From Candidatus Woesearchaeota archaeon (GTDB taxonomy: Archaea; Nanobdellota; Nanobdellia; Woesearchaeales; ARS49): 64,000 nt of DNA. The translations under genes were made by a program, and so were the position numbers. The stretch is from NCBI GenBank assembly GCA_016215315.1, contig JACRKG010000019.1, positions 71,523-135,522 of the forward strand. The letters are read 5' to 3'. Each line of letters starts with the position of its first letter. The stretch's first letter is position 1. A model generated the notes under the pieces. The model did no database searches. It saw only the letters and a list, made by a program, of their open reading frames with translations, and was not told where the DNA came from. Of the stretch, positions 17,496 through 26,941 are shown one piece after another.

Positions 17496-19088
17496 CTAGT
17501 CCTCTAGTACTATTTTGAGTATTTCTGAGTAAGCAGGTCTTGTTATGAATACTCCTAAGCTTATTCCTAGAATTGTTGTTATTGCAAATCCTTTAAGCAG
17601 TCCTGCTCCGAAATACCATAGTGGTAACATTGCAACAAATGTAGCAAAGTACGCTGCAAGAATAATGAAGAATGCTCTTTTTATTTTTGCTTTCCAACTT
17701 TGTTCGTAAACTTGTGTTTCTTTTCTCAAAAATTCATCTGTAACAACGATTAAGTCATCAACACCAGTTCCTACTGATGCTAGTATTCCTGCTATTGCTG
17801 CAAGATCTAAATTCCAACCAATAAATGCAGCCATTCCTATGATTAAGAAAACTTCTGCACAATTAGTTATTATTAAAGGGAATAAAATTTTGATTTTTTT
17901 GTATGCAATTATTACTACTGTATTTACTGCAAGTATTGCAATCAAGCCCATGAATAAAGCATTATTGATGAATTCTTCTCCTAAGACTGGAGAAACTGTG
18001 TCTATTTTTACTATTTCTAGTTTTGTTGGTAAACTACCCGTTTGAAGAACTGTTTGTAGTTTTTTCATACTGGTCAAAGCATCGTCACGTGCTTGTTGGT
18101 AATCTCTGCCTTTACCACTTCCAGATATTGCTATTCTTGTTTCTGCTCTTCCTCTTAAACCTGAAGCTATGCTTAGCCTGTCTACTTCTTTGTCGTCTAA
18201 ATACAATACTATTGGTTGGCTCAAGTAATTCTCCGTACCTGATTTAACGATTGATAAATTTTTGGTTAAGCTTGCTTGTTGTTCTGCCGATTTAACACTT
18301 AATGTTATTTGAAAATAAAATCCGCAAGCCCAACCATCTTGAGAAGGCTGACATGGTCTGTTTGGATCTAAACCGCTGCATTGAGGGAGTCCTGCACAGA
18401 CATAATTAATACTGTCTTGTCCTCCAGTGAATGCTGTTTCGTTTCCTATTTTTGCTTCAAATTTACCTTGACTTTCTACTAAGTCTTTCATTTCTTCTTC
18501 GCTAGCACCAGCAATTTCTAAAAGAATTAATTGTTCACCACCAGTTAAAGAAGAAACTTTTGAAATACTGATATCCGATAAACCGTAAACGTTTAATCTT
18601 TGCTTTAAGTTATCTATTATATACGTTACTTGTTCATCGCTGACTTTATCTTGAGGTCTGAGGATTGCTCTAGAACCTCCTTGTAAATCTAAGCCTTTTC
18701 TTATGTTGCTTCTTGGGGCATTAATAATTCTAAATCCTAAATCTTCTACTTCTGTAGAATTCGCTTTTGATTTGGTAGTAACCAGGTATAGTCCTTTATT
18801 TGTTTTAATTCGTATTGATTGATTTAAAGTGAGGGTACTGACAAAAGAGTAATAATCTTGAACGGTATTTATTTGTTTTTCGTCAATTTTTATTATTCTT
18901 TCAAGATTTACGGGTAATGCATTTTTTTCTGTGGTAATTCCTGCCTGTCCTGCAGCACTTTCTCTTATGACTGCTTTTATTGCAACACCATCGTTTAAGT
19001 TAGGTCTTATTGCTACAAGTGCAAGAATAATAAAAACTAATAAAACTATTACTCTGACATTTTTTATTAAATTCTTAATTTTTCCCAT
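17496..19088 (-). CDS. secD: Protein translocase subunit SecD (archaeal type)
   Basis: GLDLQGGS, RLNVYGL, TGSLP, VSPVLG, GTGVDD, LKGFAITT. Confidence 0.95.
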   Translation of the reverse strand: MGKIKNLIKNVRVIVLLVFIILALVAIRPNLNDGVAIKAVIRESAAGQAGITTEKNALPVNLERIIKIDEKQINTVQDYYSFVSTLTLNQSIRIKTNKGLYLVTTKSKANSTEVEDLGFRIINAPRSNIRKGLDLQGGSRAILRPQDKVSDEQVTYIIDNLKQRLNVYGLSDISISKVSSLTGGEQLILLEIAGASEEEMKDLVESQGKFEAKIGNETAFTGGQDSINYVCAGLPQCSGLDPNRPCQPSQDGWACGFYFQITLSVKSAEQQASLTKNLSIVKSGTENYLSQPIVLYLDDKEVDRLSIASGLRGRAETRIAISGSGKGRDYQQARDDALTSMKKLQTVLQTGSLPTKLEIVKIDTVSPVLGEEFINNALFMGLIAILAVNTVVIIAYKKIKILFPLIITNCAEVFLIIGMAAFIGWNLDLAAIAGILASVGTGVDDLIVVTDEFLRKETQVYEQSWKAKIKRAFFIILAAYFATFVAMLPLWYFGAGLLKGFAITTILGISLGVFITRPAYSEILKIVLED

Positions 19089-19989
19089 GTCTTCCTTCCA
19101 TGTGCCATCTTAGTATTCCTGCGTTTAAAAGCCAAGTATTGTAAATGTCTGCAATTAAACCAATTGATAAAATAAGCATTATTTCTTGAATTGTTGATGA
19201 TTTGGTTAGGAAATAAGAAATTACTACTGCAACGAAAGAAGTCAAAGACATGGTTATACCAGTTCTCATAGCACCTAAAGTGTGGTCTAATACTTTTCCT
19301 TCTTCTTTATTTTTCAAAACTCGAGTGGTTAGTAATATGTCTGTATCAACTGAATAACCTAAAAGCATTAAGAAAGCAGCAACTCCTGCAATACTTAATT
19401 TAACGCCTAAAAGTGAAACAACAGCAAAAGCAGTAGTTACGTCAGCAAAAGCACAAAGTACTACGAATGCAGAAGGAACTAGATCTCTGAAAGTTATGTA
19501 AATAACTATTGCCATTGCTGCAAATGCGAATAGTACTGCAAAAATAGTTTGTTTAAAAAATGCTTCTCCTAGTTTGCTACCGATTTGTTGAGATGTGTAT
19601 TCTCCATTTTGAAGAACTATTCCTACTTCTTTTAATCCCGCTAAAATCGCTTCAGAAGAAACATCCGATGCTTCAACAATCACTTCTTTTTGTACTCCAT
19701 AATCATTAGTACTTCTAACGCTTAAATCTTTTGAGTTTAGTTTTTTAATAAGCTCGTCTTGAAGTTTTACGAGATCGACTTTCTCTTTAGTAGCAAAAGA
19801 AAATTCAACTCCTCCTTTAAGAGTTATTCCTCTATCAATTACTTGACCAGTCATTAAGTATTTAACACCTATAAACGATACTGCTAGAACTAAAATCAAC
19901 AAAGTAACAATCATCCAAGTAAAATAGTGTTCATCATAAATTTTTATTAATTTTTCTTTTATTGGCAAAACATCCACCAAATAAGCCAA
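19075..19989 (-). CDS. secF: Protein translocase subunit SecF
   Basis: GITLKGG, LMLLGYSVDTDILLTTRVLK, DIYNTWLLNA. Confidence 0.95.
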   Translation of the reverse strand: MAYLVDVLPIKEKLIKIYDEHYFTWMIVTLLILVLAVSFIGVKYLMTGQVIDRGITLKGGVEFSFATKEKVDLVKLQDELIKKLNSKDLSVRSTNDYGVQKEVIVEASDVSSEAILAGLKEVGIVLQNGEYTSQQIGSKLGEAFFKQTIFAVLFAFAAMAIVIYITFRDLVPSAFVVLCAFADVTTAFAVVSLLGVKLSIAGVAAFLMLLGYSVDTDILLTTRVLKNKEEGKVLDHTLGAMRTGITMSLTSFVAVVISYFLTKSSTIQEIMLILSIGLIADIYNTWLLNAGILRWHMEGRHGKN

Positions 19990-20021
19990 ATACTGATTGT
20001 TTTAAAAAGTTTTTGGAAAAA

Positions 20022-20561
20022 TTACCCGAAAACAAGCTTTATTAACGCATTTAACATATTTCCGCCATCAAAGAACGGTAGAGGAATTATGTTAAAAACA
20101 AACAGAAATCCATTTATGTGTTTTGTAAAGCAAAGTATTGAAAAAAATTTTTTATTAGTTATTTCTTTGTAGGCTAGCAAGTATCTGCTTATCAGGTAAA
20201 GAGCTAAGTTTGTTCCTGGCCCTGCAAAAGATATTAATAATTCTTGAAGTGGTGTTGAAATTCCAGAAGTGCTTACATATCCTGGAACGAAAAAAACAAA
20301 TCCTCCAATAAGTTTGAGCACAATTCCTAGAACTAACCAATTGTATGCAGCGTGAAATGTTGCTTGCAAACCAAAAAATACTGCAACTAATTTATGCATT
20401 AATTCGTGCAGAATAATTGCTGGTGCTGTAACCAAGCAAGAAATTTTAAAATCTTCAAAACTAAAACCAGAAATATTCTTAGGCCTGAATACATCCATAA
20501 AAATAAATCCAACAGCAATAGTCATTACGATTACATCAAAAAGTTCGTACAGGGTAAACAT
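20022..20561 (-). CDS. Site-2 protease / M50 membrane metalloprotease
   Basis: HELMH, AGPGTN, NIIPLPFFDG. Confidence 0.9.
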   Translation of the reverse strand: MFTLYELFDVIVMTIAVGFIFMDVFRPKNISGFSFEDFKISCLVTAPAIILHELMHKLVAVFFGLQATFHAAYNWLVLGIVLKLIGGFVFFVPGYVSTSGISTPLQELLISFAGPGTNLALYLISRYLLAYKEITNKKFFSILCFTKHINGFLFVFNIIPLPFFDGGNMLNALIKLVFG

Positions 20562-20593
20562 AAAAATCAAAAGAGCGCTTTTGATTTATAAAA

Positions 20594-20726
20594 TTAGCGA
20601 ATAGCTAGCAAAGAACTAATCAGCCATCTGACGTCATTAAACTTTGACACTGAAAGAAACCGCGTGAAATCCCGGAGAAAAAAGGGCACTGCCCCGAAAA
20701 CCGAGGCAGCCAAAGCTTTAACCGCC
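20594..20726 (-). ncRNA. Candidate structured RNA directly 3' of the basic-protein gene
   Basis: Terminal pairing GGCGG.TA..GCT..GGC with GCTAGCTATTCGCT; hairpin CTGCCTCGG-TTT-TCGGGGCAG; G-U pairs favour the minus strand. Confidence 0.4.
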
Positions 20727-20852
20727 TTATAATCTCTTCTTTCTTGATTTTCTGGAAGATTTTCTAGAAGGCTTTCTTGAAGATTTTCTTGATTTACCTC
20801 TTCTTGAAGATTTTCTAGCGCCTCTAGCTGATTTCTTTCTTTTTTTTGCCAT
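20727..20852 (-). CDS. Protamine-like very basic 41-aa protein
   Basis: Hand translation MAKKRKKSARGARKSSRRGKSRKSSRKPSRKSSRKSRKKRL; GAGGTG RBS upstream of ATG. Confidence 0.8.
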   Translation of the reverse strand: MAKKRKKSARGARKSSRRGKSRKSSRKPSRKSSRKSRKKRL

Positions 20853-20987
20853 ATAACGCACACCTCTTTATTTTTTTACCTATTTTAGATAATTGTGATG
20901 ATTAATATTTAAATGTTTTGAAAAAAAATTTTGGTTTCCAAAATTTTTTAGAAAAAAATGACAAAAATTAGCAAAATAGAAAAATCT

Positions 20988-21587
20988 TTACGATTTTTCA
21001 CTGATATAAATTCTGTAACCACCTTGTTTCGCAAATGATCTTACATTACCAAATAGTTCTTTCATTTTATTTTCTAGAACTTTTCCTCCTTTATTATGTC
21101 TTGCAACCATTTGTAGCAATCCACCTCGAATTAAGTATTTTTCCGACGAGGTTATTAAATCAAAACAAGTTTCTTTTCCTGCGCTTTGTGGAGGATTTAG
21201 TAGTATTGTGTTAAATTTTTCTTCACTTAAATTTTTAATCACGTTTACTTCTACTTTGTTTTGTTCTGCATTCTTTTTCGAGTAAACGAGCGCACGCTCG
21301 TTTATGTCCAATAAAGTTACTTCTGTGTTTGGAAAAGATTTTTTTAGTGCAATTCCAACAGGTCCATAACCACAGCCTAAATCTAAAATTTTCCAGTTTG
21401 GTTGTATTATTGCATTTTCTATTAATAATTTTGTTCCTTCATCAATTTTTTTCGGAGAAAAAAGTCCTGATGCAGTTGTAAATGTTAATTCTTTTCCTCT
21501 CAAGAAATCTGTTATTAGTTGCTCTTTTATTTTTGATGTTGGCTTTTCAGTGTAGTAATGTTCAGTTATTTCATTATTTTTAGCCAT
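20988..21587 (-). CDS. RsmC/MTS-family SAM methyltransferase (16S m2G-like)
   Basis: EHYY, GLFS...IDEGTKLL, LDLGCGYG, NPP, GGYRI. Confidence 0.88.
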   Translation of the reverse strand: MAKNNEITEHYYTEKPTSKIKEQLITDFLRGKELTFTTASGLFSPKKIDEGTKLLIENAIIQPNWKILDLGCGYGPVGIALKKSFPNTEVTLLDINERALVYSKKNAEQNKVEVNVIKNLSEEKFNTILLNPPQSAGKETCFDLITSSEKYLIRGGLLQMVARHNKGGKVLENKMKELFGNVRSFAKQGGYRIYISEKS

Positions 21588-22192
21588 TGGTATAGTATTC
21601 TGTCAATTGATTTCAATAATTCAAATCCTTCTCCCTGAATTATTATACAAGAATCTTCTAAAACTAATTTTGTTGGTGCGTTCGGTTTTAGTAATATTAC
21701 ACTTTTTTCTGGGTCGCAATTAATTATTGGACGACCTACACATGCGTCATTATCTTGTTGTGTGCATGCCATTTCTACATTTTTGTTTAAAGCTCTTTTT
21801 AGGATTAGTAATAATTCTCCTGATCCTAAAGCTACATACTTGAATTGTTTTGAGTCAGCCAAAGGATCAAATGTGACATAAATTACATCTCTGTCATTAA
21901 ATGAGGAGTTTAGTTGTCCTGTTAATTGAACACTTTCTGCTTCAAAAGGATTAAATCTGAAACCTAACTCGAAAATGCCTTGTTTACTTTGCCAGTCAGT
22001 CATCCAATGAGTGTCTTTTTTTATGAAATTAAAATAATTATAAGTTACTTGTTCTGGTTTGTAAGGATTAATGTACTTGAATACAAAAAATATCAATAAT
22101 ATGATCAGTATTAGAGCACCAACACCTATTGCTAAATATTTCAAGGAGTCTTTTTCACTCATTGAACTGGTTGGTTGCTCTTCTTGGTTCAT
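21566..22192 (-). CDS. Hypothetical membrane-anchored protein (paralog of next gene)
   Basis: N-terminal TM; FRFNP, PIINC, CIIIQG. Confidence 0.75.
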   Translation of the reverse strand: MNQEEQPTSSMSEKDSLKYLAIGVGALILIILLIFFVFKYINPYKPEQVTYNYFNFIKKDTHWMTDWQSKQGIFELGFRFNPFEAESVQLTGQLNSSFNDRDVIYVTFDPLADSKQFKYVALGSGELLLILKRALNKNVEMACTQQDNDACVGRPIINCDPEKSVILLKPNAPTKLVLEDSCIIIQGEGFELLKSIDRILYQWLKIMK

Positions 22193-22755
22193 ATCATTCC
22201 TGCCAAAGTGTAAAATATTGCGTCTCCTTGTTGTAGTACTTCTAATTGTGTTGTGTATTTTAATTTAATGCAATTATTTTCTAGTTCGATTGAAGCGTTA
22301 AAATCGTTTTCTTCGAAAATAAGGACTGGATTTTCTGCAGAAGCATTATTGCAAGTTATTAGAGGTAAATCATATCCGGTGTTGTTTGTTAAGCCAAAAT
22401 TTATTTTTGTTTCTTTTATTTTAGGCAAGTCTTGATATAATTTGAGCGCTACTTCTGTTATTGCGGATGAATAAAAATCTTTTGGGTTGTAAGATAGTGT
22501 TAATTTTTTTTTGTCTTTTAAGAATTGTTTAATTTCTTCCTTAATAAAAAAGTCTACTTCTTGAGGATTAAATGAAAAAAATAAACGCTCATCGTTAATT
22601 ATGCTTAACCATCCTTGAGGTGTTTTAACAAATTTGTGACCTTGGTACTTGACAGATTCTTCCCCTAAAGTGTAACTTAATATGAAGCCAAATATACTAA
22701 ACACCATTATGAATGCAATAAATAGTGAAGCGAAAATTTTCTTTTTATCTTTCAT
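22189..22755 (-). CDS. Hypothetical membrane-anchored protein
   Basis: N-terminal TM; FSFNP, PLITC, NNCI. Confidence 0.75.
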   Translation of the reverse strand: MKDKKKIFASLFIAFIMVFSIFGFILSYTLGEESVKYQGHKFVKTPQGWLSIINDERLFFSFNPQEVDFFIKEEIKQFLKDKKKLTLSYNPKDFYSSAITEVALKLYQDLPKIKETKINFGLTNNTGYDLPLITCNNASAENPVLIFEENDFNASIELENNCIKLKYTTQLEVLQQGDAIFYTLAGMI

Positions 22756-23768
22756 GCTGAGATGCTTATTTTTTGTTTATTTAAATTTCTTTCTATGGAA
22801 TTTAAGTAAATTCTTAATTTTTCTCTAACTTGCACTTGTAATTGTTCTGGTAAGCAAGAAAGATCGACGTTTGTTAAAGGAGTGTATTTTGTTAGTGTTC
22901 CTTCAAAAGTTCTTCCTGCTTCTTCTGCTTGTTTTTCTACTTCGAAAGCTTCTTTTAGTCCGAATCTTTTTAGTACTGGAAATTTAGATACTGAATTAGC
23001 TCCTGCTTTTAGCAATATACTGACGTGGTCTGCTTTTGTTGACCAAATTCCACACTCTATTTGGCATGTTGGAAAATTAATTCTTGTTTGTGCAATCCAC
23101 CAAGCGTGATATTCTTTTGGTGGAGGACTTTTTTCTTCGAAAAAAGTCCCTTTAACTGGATTAAGACCATACAAATGAATTTTTTCTATTCCATACTCTT
23201 CCATTAGATTTTTCAAGTTTGAAAAATCTTCTTTTGTTTCCCCTAAACCAAGAATTAAAGTCATTGCTCTTCTTATTCCTAATTCTTTTGCTTGCTCGAA
23301 CATTCTTTTTACAGGCAGTAATGGTTTTGATGGGCAGACAAATTCATGAACTTTTTCGTTAACACACTCAACTGTGCCAACAACTCCATGAATGTAAGGT
23401 TTGACTCGTTCCATAAAACTTTTTCCTACAGTGCCTATGTTAATCCATACTTTGTCGCCATATACTAACGTGATGTATTTTAGTAATTCTTCTAGTTTAG
23501 GTAATGGTATTGCTCCAACTCCTCCTGAAACAAAGCCTAATTTCCAACCAAAATGCTTGCACAAGATTACTTCTGCAAGTATTGATGCAACAGTTCTAAC
23601 TGAATTAAAATCTTTCACTGGAGGCTTTGTAGACATGTAACAAAATTTGCAATCATTAATTTGACAAGACCAACTATAGAATAATGCTCTTTCAAAATAA
23701 GTAGTTGGAGGAAAGTTTTCTAAATAAACTTTGTTTGCAGTATTGATTAATTCATCAAAGTCTTCCAT
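22752..23768 (-). CDS. Radical SAM protein, BioB-like fold, Cx4Cx2C motif
   Basis: SWSCQINDCKFCYMST; ILGLGET; LNPVKGT; AGAN. Confidence 0.85.
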   Translation of the reverse strand: MEDFDELINTANKVYLENFPPTTYFERALFYSWSCQINDCKFCYMSTKPPVKDFNSVRTVASILAEVILCKHFGWKLGFVSGGVGAIPLPKLEELLKYITLVYGDKVWINIGTVGKSFMERVKPYIHGVVGTVECVNEKVHEFVCPSKPLLPVKRMFEQAKELGIRRAMTLILGLGETKEDFSNLKNLMEEYGIEKIHLYGLNPVKGTFFEEKSPPPKEYHAWWIAQTRINFPTCQIECGIWSTKADHVSILLKAGANSVSKFPVLKRFGLKEAFEVEKQAEEAGRTFEGTLTKYTPLTNVDLSCLPEQLQVQVREKLRIYLNSIERNLNKQKISISA

Positions 23769-23840
23769 ACAATAAGTAAAGAAAGAACATTTTTAAAAGT
23801 ATGTGTTGGAGATGATAAAAAAAGAAAAAGAAAAAAAAAT

Positions 23841-24941
23841 TTATCTTCCTGTGTTTGTGTTGCCGCTTGTTGCAGGTGTATTGTTGTGGTTGTTTTCTTG
23901 TTGTTCTTGAGCAACCATAGACTTCAATCCTGAAACTTCCAATAATTGATTAATGTCTGTGCTCCTTAAGTTCATACCACCACCGTTTGGCATTCCTATA
24001 ATTACTCTGTGCCCTTCAGTCATTATTTCGTAATACCTTAGTTTAATTTGAGTCAATCCACCTTCTCCTGAAAGTGCTTCTCTTAATTTTGTATTACCTG
24101 CAGCAACTGCTTCAGCTTCTTTTAATTTAGCAGCAGCGTCTTGTTGTCTTGCAAAATATTCTGCATCTGCTATCTGGTGTATTTTTTGTGATTCACCATT
24201 TGCTTGAGCAATTATTGTATTATATTGACCTTGTGCTGTTGCTAGCTCTCTTTCTCCTTGATTTTTTGCGGTTGCTATTCTGTCGGTTTCTCTTCTCATA
24301 TCTTGAGGTGCAATTCTTCTAGCTTCAATAGCTTCTCTGTATGCCTCATTGTTGAATTGGTAGTTTGTTACTGATACTCCTTCAACAAGTATTCCTAAGG
24401 GATTCAAGAATTTTTCCATTTCAGTCTTAACTATTCCCGTATACTCGTTTCTTTTAGCGCTGTCATAAAAGCTTTCTGAAGGTAATTCTCCTAGAACTTT
24501 TCTAGTAATACTTCTTATTGCGTTCATAACAACTAGTTCTCTTATTTCTTCATCCGATCCAGCAACATACTCTAAAATGAATGGTGCTTTTGCAGGATTT
24601 ATTTTGTAAGAAACTGTTAACGCAACCCAAATGTCGTTTCCTTCGTTTGTTTTTAGAGGAAGTGCGTGATTGTTTCCATATTCTTTAGGAGTTCCTCCTT
24701 TTGTTTGATCCATTGCAGCCATGCTAATTGTTTTAGTTGCTGTGTCAAATGTAGTCCAGTCATTAATTATTGGCATGAAAAAATATGTTTGCCCTGGTTC
24801 GTAAACCATTTGTTCTACTCCTTTGCCGAACCATTTTTTTGTTCTTACTCCTACTTCATTGGAGCCTGTTGAAGAACAACCTGAAAAAGCCATTGATGCT
24901 GCAAGTAATGCAGCTAGTCCTGTTAGTTTTAATAATTTCAT
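23841..24941 (-). CDS. SPFH/Band 7 protein with lipoprotein-like signal peptide and long coiled coil
   Basis: MKLLKL...MAFSGC; EVGVR..., YEPG...P, AQ/AE-rich coiled coil; GGAGG RBS. Confidence 0.88.
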   Translation of the reverse strand: MKLLKLTGLAALLAASMAFSGCSSTGSNEVGVRTKKWFGKGVEQMVYEPGQTYFFMPIINDWTTFDTATKTISMAAMDQTKGGTPKEYGNNHALPLKTNEGNDIWVALTVSYKINPAKAPFILEYVAGSDEEIRELVVMNAIRSITRKVLGELPSESFYDSAKRNEYTGIVKTEMEKFLNPLGILVEGVSVTNYQFNNEAYREAIEARRIAPQDMRRETDRIATAKNQGERELATAQGQYNTIIAQANGESQKIHQIADAEYFARQQDAAAKLKEAEAVAAGNTKLREALSGEGGLTQIKLRYYEIMTEGHRVIIGMPNGGGMNLRSTDINQLLEVSGLKSMVAQEQQENNHNNTPATSGNTNTGR

Positions 24942-24942
24942 T

Positions 24943-26094
24943 TTAGTTACCTCCTTGAGAAGGTTGACTTGTTTTCTTAGTTTTTCCTTCCAATTTCTCA
25001 ATTATGCTTGCTGTATCAAAAATATCTGTGTTACTTGAATCAAAAATGAATACATCAAGATCTCTTAACATTTCTACTGCTTTTAGTGCAGCAACTCTTT
25101 CTCCACCCTCTCCGTTTAAAGACTGACTTATCATTTCTTTTCCTGTAGCTTCTGCTTGTTTTACTACTAGGTCTCCTTCAGCTCTCTTTTGTCTCTGATA
25201 ACTTTGAGCTTGTGCAATTATTTTTTGACTTTCAGCTTCAGCTTCTTTAACTTTTACTTGTGCTGTTGCAAGCCATTCTGCTGTTTTTTGATCAGCAAGA
25301 GCTTTTTGCTCAGCAACTTTCACTTGTTGTGCAGCAGTCAATTTTAATTGTTCTTGTAAAATCTTTTTCTCTATTGAGTCTTGATATTGGTCCGAATAAC
25401 GGAAAAACCTAAAAAGAACTTCAATAACATCTATGCCTAAATCTTTAAGCTCTGTTTTCAAAGCTACTTTTGCTTCCTGAATTTTACTTTCTCTCAAAGG
25501 AGTTTTATCCATTTCACTTTCAGGCACATTAGGATCACCTTCTGGAACCTTATAAAATTCTTCTGCTTTTAATTGTCCTAAATATTTTCTTAATAACTCT
25601 GTTGCTCTTGGCGCAACATAAGTTTGTTCAAAAAGTTTTCCAGGACCTATTTTTTGTAATACTTCTAAAGCTGCTTTTCTTTCTTTTGTTTCAGCAGTCA
25701 TTTCTCCTATTCTATAAACAATAGTATAGTCGCACTCAACTTTACCTCCGTCAGATAAGTCTACTGTTAAAGGAGGTAAATAATTCAAGCTATCAAAATC
25801 GCTATCACTACCCCCATTTCTTACTCCCGAATCTAAAAATTGTAATCTGTTTGGAAATCTTTTAAATTCATGAACTCCGGGAATCGCTAAATAAACTCCA
25901 GGACCATAAACTTTTTGTTCTATACCGCCGCCCATTTTATTTATTTTTACTGCAACTTCTCCAGGTCTCACATAAGTTGTGCATATGTTATATCCGAGAA
26001 TTGATCCTACAAATAATACTCCTGCTACAATTCCTGCTTTTGCCAATCCCCCTAAACCGCTATTTCCTCTTGAACTTCTCATAAAGTCTGTCAT
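24943..26094 (-). CDS. SPFH/Band 7 protein (HflK/C-like) with N-terminal TM and coiled coil
   Basis: TYVRPGEVAVK, GPGVYLAIPGV, LSDGGKV, AEAE/AEGD coiled coil; GGAGG RBS. Confidence 0.88.
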   Translation of the reverse strand: MTDFMRSSRGNSGLGGLAKAGIVAGVLFVGSILGYNICTTYVRPGEVAVKINKMGGGIEQKVYGPGVYLAIPGVHEFKRFPNRLQFLDSGVRNGGSDSDFDSLNYLPPLTVDLSDGGKVECDYTIVYRIGEMTAETKERKAALEVLQKIGPGKLFEQTYVAPRATELLRKYLGQLKAEEFYKVPEGDPNVPESEMDKTPLRESKIQEAKVALKTELKDLGIDVIEVLFRFFRYSDQYQDSIEKKILQEQLKLTAAQQVKVAEQKALADQKTAEWLATAQVKVKEAEAESQKIIAQAQSYQRQKRAEGDLVVKQAEATGKEMISQSLNGEGGERVAALKAVEMLRDLDVFIFDSSNTDIFDTASIIEKLEGKTKKTSQPSQGGN

Positions 26095-26095
26095 T

Positions 26096-26932
26096 TTATT
26101 TTCCTCCATTGTTTTGATTTTTATCATATTGTGCAGCATCATTTTCAGCTGCATCTAGTTGTTTTTGAGCTTCATTTTTTGCTCTAAAAATTTCATCAGC
26201 AGAAGATGTATAACTTCCGATGACTAAACTAGAAATATTAATTCCTACCGATTTAAGAACTGTGTAAAACTCTTCAGTTCCTTCTCTCACTTTTGCTTTT
26301 CTCAAAGCAGAATCGTAAAATTCACTAGTTTGTAATAAACTTAAATATCTGCTTAAACTTTCAGTCAATCTTGGTTTTATGTAGTTTTGCTTAAGTGTTT
26401 CTGTGCTAGGATCACAGAAAAGTTCAAGAAAGAGTGAATTAGGTAATTCTTGACCTTCATCAGTAGCGCTACTTAAAGAGCTTGCTAAATCACAAACCAA
26501 ATTATACTTATAATTAACAACAGTTCCATCGGCCAATAATGCTGATGCTTCATCAGATATTTCTAATTTTGCTGGAATTGCTTTAACTTCTGAAAATCCA
26601 GGGATAGAAAGGTAAACTCCGGGAGCTACTGCCGAAACGTTTTCTTGAGTATGCTTAACTCCAAATTTTCCTTTTTCTACAGTTGTAGTTACAAAAGGAT
26701 AAGCAAGTACTGTGCCTAATAATAATGTTCCTGCAGCCATTAAGGTTTTTTCTAAAACACTCAAACCTTTATTATTAACTTGTTTATTAAAAGGAGTTTT
26801 TTGTTTTCCAGAACCAGTTTCATCTGATTGAACAGTGCTTTCAGTTTCTTGTTCATTGTTACCTGAACTAGCTCCGTGTCTTCTATGACTTCCTCTTGAA
26901 TGAAACATTATGTGATGTATTGCAGGATGCAT
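26096..26932 (-). CDS. Short SPFH-like protein with His-rich N-terminus
   Basis: TM, then VEKGKFGVK, APGVYLSIPGF, ADGTVV, SEFYD; paralogous to neighbours, short coiled coil. Confidence 0.78.
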   Translation of the reverse strand: MHPAIHHIMFHSRGSHRRHGASSGNNEQETESTVQSDETGSGKQKTPFNKQVNNKGLSVLEKTLMAAGTLLLGTVLAYPFVTTTVEKGKFGVKHTQENVSAVAPGVYLSIPGFSEVKAIPAKLEISDEASALLADGTVVNYKYNLVCDLASSLSSATDEGQELPNSLFLELFCDPSTETLKQNYIKPRLTESLSRYLSLLQTSEFYDSALRKAKVREGTEEFYTVLKSVGINISSLVIGSYTSSADEIFRAKNEAQKQLDAAENDAAQYDKNQNNGGK

Positions 26933-26941
26933 TTTGCGTAA

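Noticed and set aside
20594-20863. 89-aa ORF with ENLQE repeats
   Set aside because: Alternative frame of the basic-protein repeats; its GTG start overlaps the RBS that serves the ATG at 20852.
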